A DNA stretch of 64,000 bases from an uncultured virus (IMG/VR IMGVR_UViG_3300042894_007218) (Duplodnaviria > Heunggongvirae > Uroviricota > Caudoviricetes), in IMG/VR virus record IMGVR_UViG_3300042894_007218; one strand, given 5' to 3'. Under the pieces are notes generated by a model. The model was not told the origin of the DNA. It ran no database searches and was given only the letters and a program-made list of their open reading frames with translations. The translations under genes and the position numbers were made by a program. Shown here piece by piece: positions 46,466 through 55,686 of this stretch; the first letter of the stretch is position 1; every line of letters starts with the position of its first letter.

Positions 46466-48334
46466 TTATACGTTTCTGCTTAATGCAGTTTGATATGTTT
46501 GTACTCGTGTGTATAAGTTAGCTGCATCTGTATCTGTTAGTCCATCCCCAATAGAAGCAAATGCTGTCTCTTTAGTTGAATATAAATTAGCACCCGTTCC
46601 AACTAAATTCCTTGCGCCAAAATAAACATTGCCATTTATTGCAGTTGTTCCAGATGATGTGTTTGAACCTTGAGATGTTCCGTTCTTATATACCTTTTGA
46701 AGTGTAGATGTTGTCCTTGTATTTAACCATAGACCTCTTGAATCTGTTACTGCAAAATTGACATTAGTTGCTGCTATATGATTTCCAAAATATCCAACAT
46801 TACTTATTCTACTTTCAACATCAAAATATTGACCAATACTTCCAATTAAACCAGCATCCACTCTAACCTCATCTAAATTTGTTCTAATATAATAAGATAA
46901 GTGATTATTGTCTTTATAGGTATTCACATTGAAATTTGAATCTCCAAATCCATTTGTTCCGTTAAATAAAACTCCTGTACTGCTGTGTGTAATTCCACCC
47001 GCCCAAGTGATTTGATAAGCAGCAGTATTCTTTAAATTATAAGAATGTGCCGTTGCATTACCTCCTACCATTGGATAGATTGCAGCCATCTTAGTCCATA
47101 AACTATCTGCTTTCAATCCTATTACAAGATTGTTGACCGCAGTTGCTTGTGTAGTATCTGTAATTACCGCAGCATTTAAGAATGCTTGTGCATCTGAATC
47201 TGATACGATAGGCACACCCACTTGCCTTCCTAAAGTTGTTTGAAACCTCTGTACCGCAGTGTATAAGTTAGCTGCTTCGGTGTCTGTAAGTCCCTCTCCT
47301 ATTGTACTCAATGCTAACTGTCTATTTGAATAATAACCACTAGAGCCATTATTATTGAATGCACCTAAGTATATTGAGTTAGAATTTAAGCCTGTACTAT
47401 TACTTACTCCTGTAACTAATTTTGTATTTTTTTGGAAAACACTATACTGATTTGAAGCTATTCTTGAAATTAAAAACAAACCTAATGAGTCTACAATTCC
47501 TGTATAATTTACTTGATCACTTGAATTTAATCTTGAATAAAAATATACACTACTAAATCTAGGTAATATATAAAGCTGATTAGTATCACCTGCATTACCC
47601 GAGCCTATATCTACACTTGTTCCAGGGGTATCTGTTCTACTATAAAAAGAAACGTGTGTGTTATTTAAAGATAGTGCAGAAGATGGTACTAATCCCGTAT
47701 CGGCAAAAGCATTTGTTCCATTCGGTGTAGCTCCTGTGCTGCTATGTATCCACCCACCATTAAATGTAAGTTGATACTGAGCAGTATTCATAAAGTTATA
47801 TGAATGCTTACCCGCAGTACCACCAACAAATGGATATAAAGCCTTCATCTTAGCAGTCAATCCATAGGTAGTTAAGTCACTTTCAAGAGTATTTAATGCT
47901 CCTAAAATAGTAACATCTGTCTCTCCAGTGGCAGCTATCCACGCAGTAGTTAGTGTGCCGTATCCGCCACCACTTGATACCCAAGAAGTCCAATAACCAT
48001 TCGTGTTTAACCAAGTCTTTGCTGTTGATGGATTGGTAAAGTTTTGAGGAGTTGAATATCTACTTGAAATATAATTTGATATTGATAAAAAAGAAGCCTC
48101 ACTTTGAGTGGCGGATCTCCAAAATTGAACATTAGCTGTACCACCACCTGGTTTTGATTGACCTGGTGATTCATAAGCAATAACATAACCAAGTGTTTCA
48201 TCTGGTCCATTGTACCAAGTCAATGAAGAAGTAAGCCCAGAAAAACTTGTACCAGAAATCGCCAGATTTCCAGTCTGAGTTAATCCAGATATCAAACCAC
48301 CTGTATTGTAAGCAAACGCTCTTGAAACTGCCAT
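46466..48334 (-). CDS. Modular fibre/adhesin-like virion protein C with tandem C-domains
   Basis: Same N-domain as A/B; two copies of the B-type C-domain (ending LGRQV and LSRNV). Confidence 0.72.
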   Translation of the reverse strand: MAVSRAFAYNTGGLISGLTQTGNLAISGTSFSGLTSSLTWYNGPDETLGYVIAYESPGQSKPGGGTANVQFWRSATQSEASFLSISNYISSRYSTPQNFTNPSTAKTWLNTNGYWTSWVSSGGGYGTLTTAWIAATGETDVTILGALNTLESDLTTYGLTAKMKALYPFVGGTAGKHSYNFMNTAQYQLTFNGGWIHSSTGATPNGTNAFADTGLVPSSALSLNNTHVSFYSRTDTPGTSVDIGSGNAGDTNQLYILPRFSSVYFYSRLNSSDQVNYTGIVDSLGLFLISRIASNQYSVFQKNTKLVTGVSNSTGLNSNSIYLGAFNNNGSSGYYSNRQLALSTIGEGLTDTEAANLYTAVQRFQTTLGRQVGVPIVSDSDAQAFLNAAVITDTTQATAVNNLVIGLKADSLWTKMAAIYPMVGGNATAHSYNLKNTAAYQITWAGGITHSSTGVLFNGTNGFGDSNFNVNTYKDNNHLSYYIRTNLDEVRVDAGLIGSIGQYFDVESRISNVGYFGNHIAATNVNFAVTDSRGLWLNTRTTSTLQKVYKNGTSQGSNTSSGTTAINGNVYFGARNLVGTGANLYSTKETAFASIGDGLTDTDAANLYTRVQTYQTALSRNV

Positions 48335-48423
48335 AATATAGTAATATATATTAAACTCTTAAACTCAAATTAAAAAATATTAAATACAATCTATAATTTA
48401 ATATATAAGAAAATTATATATTT

Positions 48424-48522
48424 TTGAGGTGTAATGCTAAACTTGAGGTTGGTTCGTCGGAGCTAAACAACTCTAAAAGCCAAATAAAATGCAGGAAGAG
48501 CACCAAAAATTACAAATATTAA
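48424..48522 (+). pseudogene. Orphan diverged 3' end of the ligase-like gene
   Basis: Translates LRCNAKLEVGSSELNNSKSQIKCRKSTKNYKY* versus KRRNARLEVGSSEMNNVKSQIKCRKATKNYKY* at 46021-46119. Confidence 0.8.
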
Positions 48523-48523
48523 A

Positions 48524-48613
48524 TATAACGGTTGGGTATATACGAAGTACCCGATGCAGAAACTTTAAATTTAATACAAACCTTATAGGGTATTTCGTAT
48601 ATACCTTGTTATA
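48524..48613. repeat. attC-like imperfect inverted repeat
   Basis: TATAAC...GTTATA outer boxes; 18-nt arms 48535-48552 / 48588-48605 with one mismatch. Confidence 0.7.
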
Positions 48614-48626
48614 AAACGTTTATTTT

Positions 48627-48842
48627 ATGGAAAATAGTATTGAAAAATGGATGAAAGAGTGGGTTGATAGAACATCACAAGTTAAATATGAAAACTCATT
48701 CAATGAGAAGAGTGATGAGTGGATTGAGATTGAAGGTGTTGGTAGATTTAAAGGACTTGAGATTGTCTCAGAAGAACATCAAGATATAAATGAGATAACA
48801 ATCAATCTCAAATATGATGTGTGGGATAAAAATGTTTTATAA
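48627..48842 (+). CDS. Cassette-borne hypothetical protein
   Basis: 71 aa ORF bracketed by GTTATAAAACGTTT and AAATGTTTTATAAC. Confidence 0.65.
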   Translation: MENSIEKWMKEWVDRTSQVKYENSFNEKSDEWIEIEGVGRFKGLEIVSEEHQDINEITINLKYDVWDKNVL

Positions 48843-48894
48843 CTATTATATATCTATAATTAAACTAAATCACTTATTTTATATATGATTTTAT

Positions 48895-49692
48895 ATGAAA
48901 ATTCTTAAAATATTTGAAGAAAAGTTAAGATATAAAAATTACTCTGAAAGAAGTATAACTTTATATGTTTCTTATTTATCTTTCTTTCTAAAAGAAGAAG
49001 GAATAAAAGACCCTTATCAAATTACTACAAATAGAATAGTAAGTTTTTTGGAAAATAAATCTTATACTTCTATAAGTCAGCAAAATCAATACATAGGTTG
49101 TTTAAAATTATTTGCTAAGTATATACTTAATAAAAAAGATATACACCTATCTAAAATTGAAAGACCTAAATCGGAAAAAAAACTTCCACAAGTTATAGAT
49201 GGAGACCACATAAAAGAACAACTATCTAAAATAACTAACTTAAAACACAAAACTATACTCACACTAACCTATTCAGTTGGTTTAAGAGTGTCTGAGGTAG
49301 TTAATCTTAGAATCGAAGATATTGATTCCAAAAGAATGATTATCTACATTAAAAATGCTAAAGGTAAAAAGGATAGAATAGTTCCTCTTTCTCAAACTGT
49401 TTTGGATTTAATGAGACAATATTGGAAAGAATACAAACCAAAAGAATATTTATTTAATGGTCAATCTGGTGGGAAATATTCCATTCAATCCTGTCAAAAA
49501 ATCTATAAAAAGTATATTGATGAAAGTTCTTCTATACATACATTAAGACATTCCAGCTTCACTAACCTTTTAGAGTCTGGAACAGATCTAAGGATAATAC
49601 AAAAGTTAGCAGGTCACTCCAGTTCTAAAACCACCGAGATTTACACTCATGTTTCAAATCAATTACTAAGTAAAGTAAATTTACCAATTTAA
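48895..49692 (+). CDS. Tyrosine recombinase with SAM-like N-domain
   Basis: GLRVSE, KGKKDR, HTLRH, AGH, IYTHV catalytic residues. Confidence 0.92.
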   Translation: MKILKIFEEKLRYKNYSERSITLYVSYLSFFLKEEGIKDPYQITTNRIVSFLENKSYTSISQQNQYIGCLKLFAKYILNKKDIHLSKIERPKSEKKLPQVIDGDHIKEQLSKITNLKHKTILTLTYSVGLRVSEVVNLRIEDIDSKRMIIYIKNAKGKKDRIVPLSQTVLDLMRQYWKEYKPKEYLFNGQSGGKYSIQSCQKIYKKYIDESSSIHTLRHSSFTNLLESGTDLRIIQKLAGHSSSKTTEIYTHVSNQLLSKVNLPI

Positions 49693-49718
49693 TATATAAA
49701 GAAAATTAATTTTTTCTT

Positions 49719-49797
49719 ATGAATTTACAACCATTGTGTAGTAAAGTAAATAGGTATATAAAAAAAGATAAAATTGAATATGATGCCGAAATTTAGT
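49719..49797 (+). pseudogene. Orphan 3' end of an HNH endonuclease
   Basis: Translates MNLQPLCSKVNRYIKKDKIEYDAEI*, matching the C-terminus of the 44539 HNH (NLQPLCSKVNRDIKKNKL). Confidence 0.7.
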
Positions 49798-50352
49798 AAT
49801 TTAAAGCCAAAAACCGACTTCAATGGACCAGATGAAGATATTGTTTATCAAGATGATAAATTAAAAATCATAAATTACGAAGACTGGTCTTTAATTAAAG
49901 AAAAAGATTGTATTGTTTGTATTCCTTATTTAATTGAATCAAATCAAATGGTTTTAAGATATGAATATATTTCAACATTTAAGTATGTTTCTGGTCAAGA
50001 ATTTCACTTAACTGTTGTAAGTGGTGGGATTGAAACTGGTGAAACTCCTGAGCAAGCTCTTTTAAGAGAATTAGAAGAAGAAGCCGGTATTGTATTAAGA
50101 GAAGATTTTCAAATTGAAGAAGAATTAAAACCTCTTTTTATTAGTAAAGGACACACTAATAAATATTATCCTTATATTTTACCACTTAATGAAAGAGATT
50201 ATCACGAGGTAATCGCTCGTGGAGACGGATCTGAAGAAGAAGCTAAAAGTAAATCTGTAAAGGTTGATGTTAAGTATATAAATTCTTTAAATACTTCTGA
50301 TTTAATCACTGATTATATGTTGGCCAAATTGAAAGAATACTTAAATATGTAA
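49780..50352 (+). CDS. Nudix hydrolase
   Basis: GGIETGETPEQALLRELEEEAG Nudix box. Confidence 0.9.
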   Translation: MMPKFSNLKPKTDFNGPDEDIVYQDDKLKIINYEDWSLIKEKDCIVCIPYLIESNQMVLRYEYISTFKYVSGQEFHLTVVSGGIETGETPEQALLRELEEEAGIVLREDFQIEEELKPLFISKGHTNKYYPYILPLNERDYHEVIARGDGSEEEAKSKSVKVDVKYINSLNTSDLITDYMLAKLKEYLNM

Positions 50353-51147
50353 TTAGTATATAGGATCTCCTATAAAGTATTTTTTTCCTGAGTTAATTTT
50401 TATACTATCAAATTTTTTATTATCGTATAGTAATATGACTTGTGACGCCCAGTTGAAATTTCCAACTTCTTGGAACATGTCAATATTATCACCTTTCTTA
50501 ACAGCAAAATTAAAATCTTGTATAGAAAGTTCACCAACAAGTATCATATATACACTTCCAGATTCTTTTGTTGAAATTTCAACAATCCATAAATTGTTTT
50601 CTCCGAAGAAATTATCATCAGGTGATACTTCTATTATATCCTTAATTTTTCCGGATATTGGTGAATGAACTCTATGATAATATACTTTTAAAAGTTTCAT
50701 GTTGATAAAAGATAAATTATCAACATTTTTGACACCAATATTTTTTAAATCTTCTATAACATTCTCAGCAGATTTTTTAAGTCTTATTATTGATGATGTG
50801 TCGGATATTTTACCTATAGATTCTATATTGCATTCTGATGGTAAAGACATTTTATTTTTTTGAGATTTAATTTCTTCAAATTTTTCTTTTGATATTTTTC
50901 TTTTGAAGTATTGCATAAATGTTTTATACTCTTTATCTTCAAACCAATCATCTGGTGTAGAATACTTACCCCAGTCTTTGTTTATTTTAAATTTGTTGAT
51001 GATTTTCCACAGTTTATTACCTATCTCTTTATTTCTATGTTTGTAAAGAATTGACATAATTACCTCATTATCTAATGAATCAATTGCTTTGTCAGATAGT
51101 AAATCTAACTCATCAAATTTTTTGTATTCTTTGATAAACCTCATCAA
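50353..51147 (-). CDS. Phosphatidylserine decarboxylase-like protein
   Basis: F..YFKRK, YYHRVHSPISG, KGD..EVGNFNWAS. Confidence 0.7.
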   Translation of the reverse strand: MMRFIKEYKKFDELDLLSDKAIDSLDNEVIMSILYKHRNKEIGNKLWKIINKFKINKDWGKYSTPDDWFEDKEYKTFMQYFKRKISKEKFEEIKSQKNKMSLPSECNIESIGKISDTSSIIRLKKSAENVIEDLKNIGVKNVDNLSFINMKLLKVYYHRVHSPISGKIKDIIEVSPDDNFFGENNLWIVEISTKESGSVYMILVGELSIQDFNFAVKKGDNIDMFQEVGNFNWASQVILLYDNKKFDSIKINSGKKYFIGDPIY

Positions 51148-51176
51148 AGTTATATATAAAATTTAATATATAGATT

Positions 51177-52343
51177 ATGTCAATTAAGATTAAAAGACTT
51201 AGTGAGTCTGTATTTCCAGAAGTTTCTGTAAAATTTCCAGAAACCATTTCTTTATATACATCAAATGGTAATTTTACTTACCAATTAAGAAATGTTTATA
51301 ATGATGGATCGTCTATAAAATCAACTTACTTTAGTAAAGGTGATGAATTGAAATCTAAATTTTTACCAATAGATGAACCAAATAATTTTTATATAGAACT
51401 ACATACACATACAGATGATGAAGACAATCAAAAGATTACGGTTGATATTATTTATGGTAGGTCACCAAAGTTTCAATTTACAATAGAAAGACCGAATATT
51501 TTACAAGTCACTAATTATAATGGTTTTGGTTCTAAGTTTGATGCGGAGTCTAAATTTGCTTTAAGTGATGAAAGTGTTAAAGATTTTGTTAATTGTCTAA
51601 ATGAAATAGGCTTTGATTTCACAGAGAAACATTTTCAGTTTATGGATAAATATCCTTATTCTTATCAATATTATGAGAACTTAAGTATGAAGCCACTTTT
51701 TGATGGTATAATTTTAGTATTAAATAATGGTGAGCCAAACAGACGAAGCTACTTACCAAATGTTTTGACTTATTTGACTACTCGTGGTTTAAATCATGTT
51801 GTAACATCATCTGTTACTGAAATTGATAGCATATTAAATAACCATAATGTGTTTGGTGTTATTTCTACTGGCTCTGATTATAGAATTTCATCTCCAAGAA
51901 GTGAAAGTGAGCAAGAACTTAGCCATAAGGCACTTGGTGGTATTACTAAACCACTTATTGGCATGTGTTATGGGTTTCAATCTATGGCTGACTTTTATGG
52001 TGTCAAAGTAAAAGATAGTGGTAAGTTTTTTAATGATAATATAAAACTTTCCAATTGGTGTAAAGATAGTAAAATATTTAAAGATATGAATTTAGATGAC
52101 TATCAATTTAGTGTTTCTTTTCATGATATGGTTCCTGAGTGCCCAAATGGATTTAGAGTTATCGCTGAACATGATGGAAATATTTTAGGTATAGATAATG
52201 AAGAATTAATGAGATGGGGTTTAGCTTTTCATCCCGAGGATATAGAAAGAACTTATCCTATTTTAGATAATTTTATCGATATTTGCTCAGAGATTAAAAA
52301 TATTGAAGAGTCTAAAGTTGTCAAATTTAAAGACTTTATTTAG
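51177..52343 (+). CDS. Protein with C-terminal class I glutamine amidotransferase domain
   Basis: GMCYGFQ, FHD, FHPE triad motifs. Confidence 0.8.
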   Translation: MSIKIKRLSESVFPEVSVKFPETISLYTSNGNFTYQLRNVYNDGSSIKSTYFSKGDELKSKFLPIDEPNNFYIELHTHTDDEDNQKITVDIIYGRSPKFQFTIERPNILQVTNYNGFGSKFDAESKFALSDESVKDFVNCLNEIGFDFTEKHFQFMDKYPYSYQYYENLSMKPLFDGIILVLNNGEPNRRSYLPNVLTYLTTRGLNHVVTSSVTEIDSILNNHNVFGVISTGSDYRISSPRSESEQELSHKALGGITKPLIGMCYGFQSMADFYGVKVKDSGKFFNDNIKLSNWCKDSKIFKDMNLDDYQFSVSFHDMVPECPNGFRVIAEHDGNILGIDNEELMRWGLAFHPEDIERTYPILDNFIDICSEIKNIEESKVVKFKDFI

Positions 52344-53691
52344 ATAGAAATTTAGTAAGTATTGAATTTATTTCAGAGTTCATTGCTTTTGAATCAACAT
52401 GTCCATAATCAGAAAATCTTGGATTTAAATCATATCTTTCTAAAGTTTCACAATATTCTCTAAATATGCTTCTTAAAGTAAGTCCATAGAATTGGTCATC
52501 ATCACGTTCATCATTTGTTTTTTCAATCCACTTATTATCAAATTGAATTCTATAAAAGGTTTCTTCTTCAGTATATTTTTTAATTACTTCGTTACCTTCT
52601 GAGTCTTTTGACTTCCAACTTTTTTCTACTTCCTTTTTAATCTTTGTGAATTTGAATTCATCACTAACACAACTATCAAATTCACTTAATAATTCTCCAT
52701 AGTTATCATGAACATGAGCTCCTAATTCCCAATCCGCAACTGTTTGATTAATATCTCCAAATATCTCTGAATTTTTTCCTAATTGTTTTAGTGTATCTTT
52801 ATATCTTTCTGTGAAGTTGTTTTTGAGATAATCTATTAGCTCTTCTTCTGACATTTCTTTTACTTTATCATAAACATCATTATCACATTCATCTCCAATA
52901 TGTTTTTTGATATCTTCTAATCCACCTGCTTCTTTTATCATTGATTTTATTAGAAGATTTACATTATCCTTATCTAATGCGTATTGAAATAGTGAATTAA
53001 TATCTGGATAGTAATAAGATATATCATAATGGTCCCAAAGTGCTTCACTACCTGCCACCAAAGTTTTTTCCCATTGACATTTATAAGTAAGAATATAATC
53101 TGCCATATCTTCTAAATCAACATGAACATATATGTTACCTTCTGTTTCTTCGTCACATTGCCATCCATAAAAGTCGGCTAATTGTTTAGGATTAAATTTT
53201 ATTTGATTACTGAACTTCACAAACACTTTTAATGAACCTTCAATTTCGGTTCCCGAATACTCATCATCTGGTTCAACCCCTGTGAAAATCCCACCTTTTA
53301 TTAATAAGTCGTCTAAACTTAATTTTCCACCGTTATCATGTAATTCAACATCAGCATCACATTCCATTTCTATAGCACTAAGTGCTGCTAAAAAGTCATC
53401 TGTGACATCAACATTTGATGTTTTTGAATTTGTTTGTATTTCAATTTGAATTGCTAGATTTGTTAATTCATTCGCTAATATCTTTTCGGTGAAAACTTCA
53501 CTATACTCTGTCGGTTTATTATAAAAATACTCTTTTTTTTCTCCTACGAATCCAAAAGTGACTAATATAATATACTCAGCATCTTCTAATTCAATAAGAA
53601 ATTCTCTTATTTTATTTTCATCAATTTTCCAGATAGAATTGGTTTCTATTGACTCTTTTAAGAACTCTAAATATTTTTTAATTCTTTTCAT
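52336..53691 (-). CDS. Acidic putative head-internal protein
   Basis: MKRIKKYLEFLKE. Confidence 0.6.
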   Translation of the reverse strand: MKRIKKYLEFLKESIETNSIWKIDENKIREFLIELEDAEYIILVTFGFVGEKKEYFYNKPTEYSEVFTEKILANELTNLAIQIEIQTNSKTSNVDVTDDFLAALSAIEMECDADVELHDNGGKLSLDDLLIKGGIFTGVEPDDEYSGTEIEGSLKVFVKFSNQIKFNPKQLADFYGWQCDEETEGNIYVHVDLEDMADYILTYKCQWEKTLVAGSEALWDHYDISYYYPDINSLFQYALDKDNVNLLIKSMIKEAGGLEDIKKHIGDECDNDVYDKVKEMSEEELIDYLKNNFTERYKDTLKQLGKNSEIFGDINQTVADWELGAHVHDNYGELLSEFDSCVSDEFKFTKIKKEVEKSWKSKDSEGNEVIKKYTEEETFYRIQFDNKWIEKTNDERDDDQFYGLTLRSIFREYCETLERYDLNPRFSDYGHVDSKAMNSEINSILTKFLSK

Positions 53692-53761
53692 TTTAATATA
53701 TATTAAAATTTTATATTTATTGTGAGTGCTTAATTGAGAACTTTCAATAAATAAATATAAT

Positions 53762-54589
53762 ATGAAGATTAAGAGTTATATAGAATATATTTATGAAAGT
53801 AATTTATTACTAGATGATGTGACATTGGTTGAGAGCAAACTTAAAAGAGGAACTTTTGAATCTGGTGCTAGAACTTTTGATATCTTAATTAGTGATCCAG
53901 TAGTAGTTGAAAAAATGAAAAAAACTCCTATGGGATATGATGGTAAAATGAACTCAATAAAATATGACGGTCCATCTGGTTCATTATATAAAGAGTTTCA
54001 ATGGACATCCGATACTTCCCAATGGGAAGTTTGGCAAAACATGAACTATTTGATTGTAACACCGAGAAATGAGGTACATTGGTATCACGGTAAAATACCT
54101 GGTGGAACCTACAATGTTCAAAAAACTGAAACTGGTGAGATTAACAAAGATGGTGTGCATCAAGACCCCGTAAGTGGTCAAAAATATGTTAGTTTTAGTC
54201 AGTTTGAAAAGATAAATAAATCTCTTTCATCGCTAAATGATGTAAAAAGATTTGGTTACAAAGTTTACACAGATTTAATAGATTTAGTAAACTATATAAC
54301 TTCCACTGGTGAATCTACTAATGAAGTTAGAAGAGGAGTTTATAGTCATTTAATAAATGATAGAAATTTTGTCTGGATTATGAATTTTCAAAAAGATAAA
54401 TCACCAACACAAATAAACCTTTTCTCAAATGTTCCTGATTATAAAAACATAATCGTTATAAAATCAACTGATAATGTAAAAGAAATATCTGAAAAATGGT
54501 TAAATGAACTTTCTGATCCAATGAAAGAAGGTATTGAAACTTTAAATAAAGATTTTCAACTAATTTATTCACCTAATTTTCCAAAATAA
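53762..54589 (+). CDS. Hypothetical putative head-internal protein
   Basis: MKIKSYIEYIYE. Confidence 0.6.
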   Translation: MKIKSYIEYIYESNLLLDDVTLVESKLKRGTFESGARTFDILISDPVVVEKMKKTPMGYDGKMNSIKYDGPSGSLYKEFQWTSDTSQWEVWQNMNYLIVTPRNEVHWYHGKIPGGTYNVQKTETGEINKDGVHQDPVSGQKYVSFSQFEKINKSLSSLNDVKRFGYKVYTDLIDLVNYITSTGESTNEVRRGVYSHLINDRNFVWIMNFQKDKSPTQINLFSNVPDYKNIIVIKSTDNVKEISEKWLNELSDPMKEGIETLNKDFQLIYSPNFPK

Positions 54590-54617
54590 AAAAAGAGAGA
54601 CTTAAGTCTCTCTTTTT
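54588..54617. terminator. Bidirectional terminator
   Basis: AAAAAGAGAGACTTAAGTCTCTCTTTTT palindrome. Confidence 0.75.
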
Positions 54618-54642
54618 ATTTATAGCTGTTCGTTTTTTAATT

Positions 54643-55572
54643 TTAGATTTTAGAAAGTAATTCTGCTTTCTTTTCAGAAAATTCTTCATCTGTTAAAATA
54701 CCTGCTGAGTGTAATTCACCTAACTTTTTGATAAGTTCGATCACTTCATTTGAAGAAAGTAATTGACTTTGTTTTGTTTTTATTTGCTTTATCTCTGCTG
54801 GTTTTCTACTTTCAGGAAGTATTTGAATAATAGTAGAAGCAATATAATGTTTTTCAAACTCCATATCAACTTCTGTAAATTTTTGTTTAGATTTTTCACC
54901 CTTTTCAACTCTACCTGTTTCTATAGAATTTGTTGAAAGAGATCCAGCAATATTTAAATTAGGTAAATCAACCTGAGAAGTATAACTACAATTTATACTA
55001 TTTGATGAGTAGTCAGCATTTGATGTTGTTATTGTTGTTCCAATTATACTATTACTATTGTTTGTAGTAAGTACGGTATTTATAGTTCCAACGGTTCCAT
55101 TAGATGATCCACAATAAACTCTATATGGATTATACCACGGATAAGGATTATAAGGATAATGTTTTTCGACAATAATTCTATCAAATCTTCTTTGCCAGTT
55201 ATTTAAAGTAATAACATCTTCTTTATAAAAGAAAACTTCTAAAACTCCATTGTTCTGAGTTGCCTCTAATGCTTCTCCCGAGTTTTCAATTTCATAAGTT
55301 GAAAATTTGAATTTTTTTCTATCATCAATAAAGCAGTCTAAATAAACCCTTTGTCCTGGTTTTACTACTAATCCTGTTTTTGAGATTGATTGACCGTTTA
55401 ATTTAATATCAGTGAGAACTGAAACGGTTAGTGGATTAAATAATTCGATTTCGAATTCGTCTCCATCATTTAAGAAGATCTTTCCACTTTTGATTTGTTT
55501 TCTTCCCCTATCTTTAGGAGATACAATCCAAGCTCCTGGCTTGGCATTGCTAATTGCAATTTGTTTTGCCAT
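54643..55572 (-). CDS. Conserved phage protein with C-terminal SHOCT domain
   Basis: IKKLGELHSAGILTDEEFSEKKAELL; EFEIELFNP. Confidence 0.75.
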   Translation of the reverse strand: MAKQIAISNAKPGAWIVSPKDRGRKQIKSGKIFLNDGDEFEIELFNPLTVSVLTDIKLNGQSISKTGLVVKPGQRVYLDCFIDDRKKFKFSTYEIENSGEALEATQNNGVLEVFFYKEDVITLNNWQRRFDRIIVEKHYPYNPYPWYNPYRVYCGSSNGTVGTINTVLTTNNSNSIIGTTITTSNADYSSNSINCSYTSQVDLPNLNIAGSLSTNSIETGRVEKGEKSKQKFTEVDMEFEKHYIASTIIQILPESRKPAEIKQIKTKQSQLLSSNEVIELIKKLGELHSAGILTDEEFSEKKAELLSKI

Positions 55573-55686
55573 AGTTATTCATTTTATTTTTAGACCTATA
55601 TCTTTGATTCATTTCTAAATCTCAATGGCATCCAATTGACACCCGACATAAGTTAGCGAACAGCCTATGTTATATATCTAATATAT

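Noticed and set aside
48627..48842. Cassette protein as a tail-tube fragment (ITINLKYDVW)
   Set aside because: Resemblance too short to support without a profile search
40942..49692. Shufflon (invertible fibre tips) driven by the tyrosine recombinase
   Set aside because: All fibre paralogs are complete, co-oriented genes; no inverted crossover sites found within them
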